DNA from: Balanoglossus misakiensis
Lineage: Eukaryota; Animalia; Hemichordata
DNA: 64,000 nt
Assembly: GCA_040954595.2 (NCBI GenBank)
Contig: CM082581.2
Span: 62,001 to 126,000, forward strand
Direction: 5' to 3'
Part shown: positions 53,133 to 64,000 of the stretch, piece after piece
Position numbering within the stretch: the stretch's first letter is position 1
Layout: every line of letters starts with the position of its first letter
Made by a program: the position numbers and the translations under genes
Notes under the pieces: model-generated
Told to the model about the DNA's origin: nothing
What the model saw: the letters and a program-made list of their open reading frames with translations, nothing else
Databases searched by the model: none

Positions 53133-53564
53133 CACATCACTCCAATTTTGTATCAGTTGCACTGGCTACCTGTTACAGAGCGTATTGTTTTTAAGATGTT
53201 AGTTCTCATTTTTAAATCCATTCATAAACTTGGTCCAATCTATGTTTCTAGCATGACTAATCTATATGTTCCGTGTCGCAATTTGAGGTCAGCTGATCAG
53301 TTCAAACTCTGCCCTGTTCGATCACGCACCAAGAGTTATGGTGATCGTGCTTTTACTGTTGCTGCTCCAATTCTTTGGAATAATCTTCCACTCACCATTC
53401 GCCAGGCACCAGACTTATCTGTTTTTAAATCAAATGTTAAAACTTTACTTTTTAAATCTGTTTTTTAGCCATTTGTTGTATTGTACTTTTGCTTTAAGCG
53501 TCATTGATCACATTTTTTGTGGATACTGACGCTATACAAATAAATTATTATTATTATTATTATT
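53133..53564 (+). mobile_element. L2/CR1-group LINE 3' fragment (copy 4)
   Basis: Duplicate of 141-567. Confidence 0.9.
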
Positions 53565-54964
53565 ATTTCTATTTTTGTGTTTGTACAACATCAGTGAAGT
53601 TTAAATCATAATAAAAAAAAATGATAATTATCATTATTAACTGCTATAGATTCAAACTTACTTGTCTCACACCTGTTTCCCTAGTAACACTCTGTGCACA
53701 TGCCAATGGTGGCAGTACAAGAATTTGCCTGTTGTTGGCAGGTACCTCCATTGAGACAAGGACTAGTGAAGCATGGATTAGGAACTGGAAGACAGGAATT
53801 CAAAATTTTATAAAACAGTTACCTATGGTAACACCAGTACACGTTCATTATTTCTCTGTTATGTTTTTATACTGGTGATTTTACTGTTTTTATTACCGAT
53901 CATATGACTGACTTAAAGATGATGATGATGATGATAATGACTACACCTGCTATTATTACTACAATGTACCTCAGCACTTAGATTTTTTAATAAATGACAA
54001 AGTACTGTACTCACGTGTTTCACATGTGAAGCCCAGGTAGCAGCCAGCACATAGACATGTGACGCCTGTACAAGATCCCTGGATTGCTTGGCAAGTACCA
54101 GCATTCCGGCATGGGTTAAGGTTTGTGTTCGCACGGATTCATTGCTGCAAATGTACACAATATTTACAAAATAAAACAGTATACAACTGTAAGTATTTAT
54201 AATCATCAATTGTGAATATCACACCAATCAAGGCCTTTTAATGCACCCTGATTGCTGAGAGCTGAAATACGTGAACCAACGTGTATTTGTTTTCACTACT
54301 ATATCACATGACATTCTGCATCTCTTTTCCATAGTTGGAGTCTGCACCCAACATTGTATTCCGGGGTAGCACTACCCGGAACCCCGAAACTTTTTCGTCA
54401 TCATCCGAGTACTTTTCCCAGCATGCAGTTGCCAAGAAGGCTGCACAGGGAGTTTTTAATTTTGCACTGGTATACAATTTTTTTATTCGTCAATTTCACA
54501 GACACGTGCATTGCACATCAAAATTTTGCGTCAGAAGTGAGGACAACTTAACTAGGTACCAATGCAATGTGGTTTTAGGCGGATTTGAACTTTTCCTTTA
54601 ATGTAACAGTTGTATTGACATGCGATTATCATACTGAACATGAAGCAATCTCAAAATTGCTAAAAATAAAATAATTCAGAACATTTAGATTCTACAATGG
54701 TGAAAAAATATGACAAACCTTCCAAAAATCTTATTTTTGAGGCCATTTTACAAAAATCTACGAGCCTGGCAAAATCTGAAAGAGGTGCTAGATAAAGGGC
54801 GCTTTTTCAAAACTCTAGATGGTTGACCCCCAATTTTTATTCCATAGATTAAATGTTTAGAAGTCATAGTATCATCAGTATTAATTTTAACATGATCAGA
54901 CGACCCTTTATTTCGAGGTGCGCAACACCTTAAATATGTTTTTACGACTAAGACGACTACAAAC

Positions 54965-56875
54965 CTGGTAGAAGGGGAGTACATGTTGTTGATGGTCCCA
55001 GAGAGTAGGTTCTTGATGTGCAGGCAAGTGGGTGATGTTGCTGCACACTGACAGCCTGGATCGCAAGGGGTACAGGATACTTCTGTGGCTGTGTCAGCAT
55101 AATAACTTGATGGACAAGGAATGGGGCTGTCTGACCCATCTGGACAGTAGTTACCTACGCCGCAATCAGCACATGTCATGTCTGTAGAATAACAGCAGCT
55201 TGTGTAGTGAGTGTTTTGCCGATATGACAGAGTTCAAGTATGCTTATTTGGTTAAATTTTAAAAGGAATATCACCCGCTGTTTTAGAGTTAATATTGCGA
55301 AAGGGACTTCATAAGTTGTCTGAAAACACCAGTTTCCCCAATTTTCACTAATGTATAGGAATACATGAGAAGTCGGCCAGATTAGAAGTCAGCCACTACG
55401 CGCGTATGAGAAGTCGGCCAGTTGTTGAACTTGTACCCGAATAGTGCAGTGATGACCCAGATTACTTATAACAACACTTAATAAAATATAATTGCACTAA
55501 ATATTTTCATTTGGACGGATTTCCCAAATTCTTGACAACACAATGGCGTCATTTCAAATAATGGCGTCTGGCATCCGTACCAGTTCCCCATCCCCGTATC
55601 CGCGTAAGGAGCTTAGGTTGTTCGCCAAATTCCTGTGACATTTCTGATTAAAGGGAGTTGTTTCAAAGCCTACTAAAATACATAGAAGATGTATGTGTAT
55701 ATTCATACTTTCTGAGACAACACCAAACAAACAAACGTGACAAGGAACAGACTACTGGCGCAGCTCAAGAAGTGCAGGTGACTGATGTTGACGTACCCCG
55801 GTGACGTACATGAAAAGTGAACAGACAGTTTTAAAATTCATCGGCTATTTGTACAAATATCTCAGCTCCTGTACATCAAGGAAACATTTCGTAGTGAAAC
55901 AGTTATATATAACACAAAGTACCAGGGTTCTCTCCCACAGGCCGACTTCTCGTACTGGCCGATACCGACTTCTCATACTGGTCGACTTCTCAGGACACCA
56001 TGTATAGCATAGCTGTTGAACTAAAAAAATATGTAAAACTACAAGTGATGTAAACAACTTGTGGAACCATGTTCAAATCGAGACCAGAAGAAAAGAGATT
56101 TCAAGACTTACCTCCTTCAACACTTTACTTCCCTGTAGCGCACTGTGTGACATTTGTAGTTGTGCATTCATAACCAGAAGGACTTGGCCGAACCTAGCGA
56201 GTATGAACCTATCACAGAAAAAATTCAAAGAACGATTGGTTTGGTCCAACGATCCCTTATTAGAGAGATGTCCGTAATCACAGGTGTTACTGTACAATAC
56301 CTCTTCAGTGGAATCATTGTGTTTTTCAAAGTGCATCACAATATCAACTCCAATGAGCATAACAGTTTAATTTTCTGTGTATGTCATGCTATAACACAGG
56401 GAAGTCATAAGAGTAATTTGCAGCCCAACTTACCAGTAACTGTTGAACAATCAACTACGGGTGACATGGTTGGACACTTGGATCCTGCTGGACAAGGCGT
56501 GCATGTGCCGTCGCCTTCCATAGCATATTCACCATTGCCACAGTCAAGCGGATCTTACATTGGATCTGAACACGATTGTCCAGCAGGGCACAGAAGACGG
56601 GATGTGCGTGCAGGCTCCTCACTTATTTCATCTGATTAAAGAAAATGAGGTTTTTAGTGAAGTATTTGTGATACAGTGTCATTTAAAATAACAAATTACT
56701 TGAGATGATTCACTTCATAATTCTGAGACAAGTATACGGGCATGTAGAAAATTCTTTGGAGGACATTAAACGTCATTTCTAATCAACCATTTTCTGAATA
56801 TCATAAGACTCTGCGAGATCTCACATGGCTAACCGGGTCTCGCAAGATTTCGCACTGAGTTGATAATCTGTTGTA

Positions 56876-56907
<32 letters not shown>

Positions 56908-57533
56908 TAACCCCAGTCGCACTGACTTGAAAATCTGTTGTAAACACATACATGCATACACACATACCACTCAGTTTCATCACACAGCAAACTGAACAAG
57001 TACCACAATCTTACCATTTGTACATCTGGTACAGTTTGTTGCACCAGCCAATGACACGTAACCCTTGGTACACTTGAATTGCGATGCACTGGGATCTGTG
57101 CAGGCGTACCCTTGCTCACAAATAGTACACTGTTCAGCACCGGCTGATCTGTAAATCAAACAAAGAATTTACACACCAAGTTAACCTTTGAATACCACTG
57201 TAAAAAATTGGCGCAAATTTTAATTATTTTCATAAATAGAGGTCTATTCAAATTTGGAAAAATTGTCATTTTTTCATTCATATATTATATCAGTAAATTT
57301 TAAATACAGAAATGGAAAATGTTCCCATCCTATTTTTCAGTTAGTAAATTACCTGACCTAATGTTTGATGTTGGAAATAAAGGTTGGTGGGTAGAAGTTT
57401 ACCTGTTATGCAAGAGGTACAGCGAGACATCCTTTGTCCAAGGCCGAACTGTAATAACCAGCCGAGCATAAAATCACAGTGTTACCATTTGGACATTGGT
57501 TACCAGCTGGGCAATCAGCACATGATGTTTGTG
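54965..57533 (-). pseudogene. GCC2/GCC3-type exon cluster (copy 4)
   Basis: Duplicate of the copy-3 cluster. Confidence 0.85.
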
Positions 57534-58855
57534 CTGAAAATAAACAGAGATTTATAGAATCTTATAGTCACAGTCATACCTTCAAAGACGTGGGATTCTC
57601 ACGCGGGTTGGGGACACAAAAATCCCTGGCAAAAGATTGAGGACAGGAAAATGCCAAACCAGAGATATTGGTAACAGAAACTGTATACAGTCAATGCCAT
57701 ATGGCAGTGTGCTGTTCTAACAACAGACAAGAATGTGACGATCATAGTCTGTGTCGGAGATTTGGAAAAGAGCAAATTCGGTGAAAAGACGGGACAAAAC
57801 AAAAGTCTACTTATACAATGCACATGAAAACTGGATGAAAGCGAAGCAGTCCACTATTTGAATGCATTGGATGTAAAATTGGCAGAATATTTGGACTGGA
57901 CGTAATGTTTGTATGGGGTGCCATGTGTTAACTTATTATTTAGCTAAATTATTTGTTCAAAAGTCGTTATTTAACATACTTATATGTATGTAATTATAGA
58001 TTTGCAAACCATTTAAGTCCTGACAATTTATTTATAAATAATTTCAAGTCGATTCAATTATATACATAAAATGTATTTTATGCTCTTTTATTTATATATA
58101 ATAAATTATTTATAAACAATGTCAGTGTCAGTCTATTATATATATATCATGAGTGATGTACATAATTATTTATATATAATTAATTATTTATAAATAAAAA
58201 AAATTTAAGTGTATTATATATATATCATGAGTGATTTATAAATAATTTAAGTGCAAGTCTATTATATATATATCATGAGTGATTTACATTATATAATGAA
58301 TTATATATAAATAAGTGATTTCTAAACCATGAAAAAATGCACTCACGCCGTTTGTCAACTTATTATTTAACGCAAACTCATTATTTAACGCAAACTCATT
58401 ATTTAAGGCCTGTTCACACGACCCCTTGCATTTGGATCATTACGCACACATATAGTCCCCACACGTGAACAAGAAATGCACATTACGTGCGGTCATTTCA
58501 TTTTTATTATACTCCTTTCAAAGGTTAGATGAAACACCGAAAAAGGTATCAACTAGTTAGTGATTTTAGCCCGTGATTGCAATGTTTGATTGAAACGCGA
58601 AAAGCTGATCGATAGCTCTACATTGTGGTCTCCGAGGTCAAAGGTTGGCCGGTCATGACAATGCCATTATTAAAATAGGGGCCAGTCTTCAAGACGTGAC
58701 TCTACCAGCCTCCAGACCAGGAACTGGCGACCCGCCGTTTGTTTCCAACGCCAAATTTGATTCTAATGTTGAATTTACGAGAAAACAATTTATCTGACCT
58801 GTAGTTTTTTGGCTCACTTACGTTTTGATGACTGGCCCCTATTTTAATAATGGTA

Positions 58856-59169
58856 CCACATGACTCAGTATGTCCAGCTAAAGGCAAGTCATGCAGGAAG
58901 TGTGGCAAACCTAACCATTTAGCCAAATGCTACCATTCAAAAGGCAAGGCAAATAGGGTAGACAAGGATAAAACTGTCAAAGCTGTGCATAAAGTGGAAG
59001 ACAGCTCGGGAGATGAATACTGCTTCACTGTACAACAATCAAATGGCAGGAGGCCTCGAGTAACAGTGCAGATAGAACAAACAGCAGTTGCCTCACTGAT
59101 CGACCCTGGTTCTACAATAAACATGATGGGTGTAAACACATACAACAACCTAAAGAACAAACCCATGTG
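58856..59169 (+). mobile_element. Gypsy remnant, 3' half only (copy 4)
   Basis: Duplicate of 44027-44340. Confidence 0.8.
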
Positions 59170-59657
59170 GCAAACAGAAAGCCCGTTTTACCACTGCCAG
59201 CAGTGCATTATTGAGTATTTTAGCATCGCTGGATTTAGCTCTCGTCCAATCAGAGTTGCGGACGGTAGCATGATATACTAGTAATATAATTGAGAATAAA
59301 TCTCGCGACAAGTGTACAGTTTGACAATGTACACAGATAATCCGTTTCAACAATGTTTCCTTTGTAGTGTGAATAAAACTGCACACTTTGCAAGTTTTCA
59401 ACTTCAAAACACTATGGCTATTACAGAGACAAAGCTGCTAATATTCAGTGTATACCTGTCATTTTTGTTTGTGGTGAGATTTTCATTGGCACAGTCGCAC
59501 AGAGCTCACACAAGAGGAAATTACACTTTCTGTTGAATTCACTGCATACTGCTAACTTTAAGTCATATATCCACTGAAACATTAAGTTATAGAATTTTCC
59601 ATCGCAGTATTCTGTTTTATATACATGTATAGCAGTCCCACACATATTGATTAATTT

Positions 59658-62600
59658 GACAAAAGAAACTGACTGACAATTTTCACAGCGCTCCCAGTAA
59701 AGCATCCTTGGCAGGTGCACGTCAATGCCACACACGAGGTTAGGGTTGGCAAGTGCTGCCATTTTGACATGGGTTGTTAGCACTAATCAATTCCTACGCA
59801 TGACAGAAAAATGAAGAATTAGGCTATGGGCCGGAACTGCCTATCGTTTCAAAATGCACTCTGTATATTAGGGTCTATTTCTTTTACATAAAAGACAAGT
59901 CTTCTTGCTCTAATATGATAAAATAAAAAAACTTCAACTTAAATATTGCGTCCTCAGAGGTAATATCGAGCCCTAAAAATCAGGTATGCTAATGCGGTTA
60001 AAGGTCGTGCAGTTCTCCTTATAACAATCGTTCGATTGGTGGTTACGTGACTGCATCAATCACAGAATGCGTTATGTCACTCAGCAATTACACACACAGG
60101 GCAAACTATCAGGCAGCTACATGTACACTAGTATACATGTTACAGAAGATTAAACAGAATTTTTGGTAAGGAAAGTTTGAGCAGACTAGTCCATTCAATG
60201 TAAAAAATGGTGCTGATTCCAAAAAAGTCAGTCTTATTGACCCCTTTGAAGACAAAATTGCCATTTTTGCCACTTTTAACCCAAAAGGTCATTAAAAAAA
60301 CCCACTCAAAACACACTGTTTTCATCACATTCGGAGATCTGATGACATTTGAGGATTATGCGGAAACAGTGACACAGCAGAATAAAAATTACAGGTGACA
60401 TTTGCAAGCACTTATGATCTGACCATATAGAAATATGCAATGTAAAAACATTAACAAGGAACATGCCCAATAAACTGTCATGTGTCATGGCAGTCTTACA
60501 AGTGGTGCTAGAAAAAAAAATTGACCAAAAATTGTCTGTACACAAACACATATGCGAAGCAACTTCTTTCAGTCAGCCCTGGAACAGACACACACTGACC
60601 TGCCACTGGTAATTAAAATGTGATAGCTGGTGGTCTCTGTAACAGCTGGCCTATTTAAGTTATGTAAACATGTCTTTGTTCGAGGTAACAACTCCTTGTA
60701 AATAGTAACTTTAAAAACAACTGGACAATTTGTTTAGGAGAAGATTTGCTAACCAAAAACAAAGAAACTTACCAAAAAAACTCGCTAAATATTTAATCTT
60801 TCTGATCTCAGAATTGAATAAAAGTTGCACATATACAGGTATGTGTTATGAAATTATATCCTAAATTTCAAAGCAATCAGAGAAAAAACTAATTTCAAAG
60901 CAATCCAACAAGCAGTTTCACAGAAAATATTTGTTCAAAAGTGGCAAAAACACAAATATGCAAATATCACCAAAATTGTACAATATCTTACTTCAATCAC
61001 TACAAGGAACATGCTGCCTAAGTTCAATGCAATAGGACAAGCGGTTTCAGTGAAAACAATTTTTGACAAAAATTGCAAAAGTTTCCCCGATAACACATTT
61101 ATGCAAATATCACATTTTTTACAACATATTATTTAGGTTACCCCTACGAACATGCCTACCAAATTGCAAAGCAATCTGGCATGAGGTTTTAAAGAAAAAC
61201 ATTTTTTGACCAAAAATGGCAAATAATGCTCAAAATTATAGATATGCAAATTTTGCAACAATTTGAACAAAACTATGGTTACTTAGACAACATTAGGAGG
61301 CTTCATACTAAATTTCAAAGACTTTTACCAATAACATGGAAAAATACAAAAAAATGCAAAAAAAATAGGAAATCGATAATATTAGCTCAAAACATACAGG
61401 GTTGTATGAGGTTGATATAAGGTACATGCATACCATTTTTCAAATCAATATGACCAGTGGTTGTCCAGTTTTTGAGTTTTGACCAATTTCACATTTTCCC
61501 AGCTAATTTGCATATTTTTGGCAATGACATCTTCATTTGAACAAACTCCCATCTACAGCCCTGCCTGCATCTACACGCCAAATATCGAGGTCATACGCGC
61601 TGCGGTTTTCAAGTTTTTCATGTGGACGGACATACAGACATACATCCATCCATCCATCCATACATACAGACGTAACCAATCCCATAAGTTCCCATGGTAC
61701 ATACCAATGGGACCTAAAAACTTGTGACTTACATGTAACACATGTTTGCCCAGTGTAGCAGGTTGGACAGTTGCAGGTGTAGATTGAGCAGGAGCCTTGA
61801 AGTGGCTGATACACTCCGTTATTCAGACATGGGTTTAGAAGACACTGGTTGATCGCTAAGGGTGAGAGAAATGAAAAGTATCACATTAGGGTCTTACACA
61901 CTTGAGTGGGAAGTGAAATCTGTAGCAGACTGTCAGAAGATTGCACATCCGTGTGATCATGTTCATGTGTGAAGGATAATGAAGACCACTTGATCCAAGC
62001 TTGGTGCTACCATCTTTATCATAATTACTGAATCTTATAATATTTACTAGTTGGGGGTGGGTGGGGTGGGGGTGGGGGTAGTTGATGTCATAACTTTCTG
62101 ATGTTTCAATTTACGGTTGGAAAAATAGCAACATCTACACTGATGAGCATTTGAGTCAATGAAAGTATTCATCATGGCTACCGTAGTGCATATAAGTCTC
62201 TTGGTTAGCTGCACAATCACAGGCAACTTTATTGAGACAATATCAATGACAAAGCCCAGCGATTTCTACTTTGTGCGGGAAATCTGACACTGGTTTGCTT
62301 ACGTTCAGCGCACGTGGTTCCGATGAAACAGCGTGGACTCTGGCATCTGAACTCGGTGCAGGACACTTGCTGGCAGAATCCACTGGTTAGACAAGGGTTG
62401 GGCTGACACGGATTCAAATCTGTGCACAGAAGAGAAAGTGATATAAATTGTGTACAGTTAATATTTACTACATATACTTTAAACAGATTTGTGCAGTCAG
62501 GGTTGAGTGGTAAAAATCTCAGTTGGTCAACAGAACATCACTGTGACAAATTTCTTCCATGTTCAACAAAAGAAACGTAATGAAATTTTGACACAGGTGT

Positions 62601-63858
62601 AATAGTGTCTTAGTGTACCATACGGTGCAGGTTGTTATTTGGTCAAATACACAATCCCCTTTTATGGCACACACATTCTTAATAAATTTCCCCAAAATTG
62701 TGTCGTTATTCACTGTTTGATACAGGTTGGAAGAAACCAACTGCAAGCCGATTATGTGTTATGTTATTATGTTCCTCTTCATCTGAAATTTAAAATCACT
62801 CACATGTCTGACATAAATCGCCGGAGTAACAGCTTGTACAGGAGCATGTGAATTCAGTACACCAATTGGGCGTCAGCACACAGTTTCCACCATTCCGACA
62901 CTGGATGGGTTGACACTGGTTGACAGCTGTGGGATGTGCAGTCAAGATATTGTCAAAATTACAGAATCTACAAACTACACTCCACAGTCATGTACATGTA
63001 TACATGACAACAACCAAAGGGCTGTTTTGAAAAACCAAATGCTGTGAAATCCTTTAGAGTGTGACAAGAAACCACAGTTGCAACCGAAAACAAAAATAGT
63101 GATAACATTAAGCTAGCCCAAAGTTTGAGTTACCAGGGCTTTAATATGTGTACCGTACTTATATTATATAATATATAACAAGTGTTTTGCATTGAATAAA
63201 ATAATATTGGTTAGTACTTACGCATTGTACATGTGGCACCAGTGAAGCATTCGGTACACATACAGTCAAACAGGAAACAGCCGTCTCACGCAACGCATGT
63301 GCCACCATTTTGACAAGGCATAGGGTATAACTGATCAATGGCTGCCAAAACAAAAATGAAAGTATCAATTACCTGCTTGTCAAAAACTTGTACATGTACT
63401 TGTGATGTTCATTTCGTTTAAATACGTGAGCAATGTCTTCATTCCTTGTTTCAAACCTTTACATTTAAAATAACATAATGATGCTATTGCTAGGATTTTT
63501 CTGTAAGAATCTTGAAAAATTAAAAAAATGTGCCATCAACATGATACAGAAGGCTTTCCTTTTTAACATGCACCTCACACTCAATTTTGACCCTACATCA
63601 GCAAATTTTGAAAGGATGAAACTTAGTAATGCTTCCACCCCATTTATTGGTGTATGGGTCCATCTATCACATTGAGAATACCAAAAATGAGGGTTTATAT
63701 ACCACGCTGTGTCATAAAACAGTAATTCGACACACCTACGGCACAGATGGCCCCAGTCCAACACTTCTGGCAGTAACAGGTGTAGTCAGTATAAGAATTT
63801 GGTGTTTTGGAACAATAGCCTCCATTTTGACACGGATTCTGATCACATGGGTTAATGA
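59658..63858 (-). pseudogene. EGF-like exon run, fourth array copy (partial)
   Basis: Six exons, homologous to 12175-16356. Confidence 0.85.
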
Positions 63859-64000
63859 CAATCAGAAAAAAAATAGTTTAAAACACATGAAATGCAGATG
63901 GCTACACCTCAACCAAAGATGATTCCTGCACCACAACAACATCCTTTGACACAAGCATTATACTGGAACCATACCCAGAACACGCATTAAGTATATGATG

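Larger units (their letters stand above)
44805..54144 (-). pseudogene. EGF-like exon run, third array copy
   Basis: Same exon series; extra lesion Cys to Gly at ~49654 in the QDPCQRN exon. Confidence 0.85.
52996..64000. repeat. Tandem segmental duplication, copy 4 (type B, cut by the window end)
   Basis: Colinear with copy 3; the window ends at the equivalent of ~16500 in copy 1. Confidence 0.97.

Noticed and set aside
1-64000. The array as a pure assembly artefact
   Set aside because: Each copy has private SNPs, deletions or insertions. Stitching of two haplotypes at the A/B junction cannot be excluded without reads.

Overview
AT-rich, intron- and transposon-rich animal DNA, probably from a marine invertebrate (the taxon is inference). 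The whole window is a head-to-tail array of one 15-20 kb segment: copy 1 = 1-19694, copy 2 = 19695-38141, copy 3 = 38142-52995, copy 4 = 52996-64000 (partial). Each copy carries minus-strand exons of a large cysteine-rich extracellular-protein gene. There are 5-6 GCC2/GCC3-type (ephrin-receptor-like) repeat exons followed by up to 14 single-domain, phase-1/phase-1 EGF-like exons. These EGF modules consistently have two extra cysteines (8 instead of 6). Many exons carry stops, frameshifts or lost splice sites, so every copy looks pseudogenic as a full transcript, but five EGF exons of copy 1 are fully intact and the copies differ in which exons survive. The introns hold L2 and Tx1/L1 LINE fragments, a Gypsy LTR-gag-protease remnant and several non-autonomous DNA elements whose TIRs and TSDs can be read directly. 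Almost all ORFs in the supplied track are spurious. All translations and alignments were done by eye.
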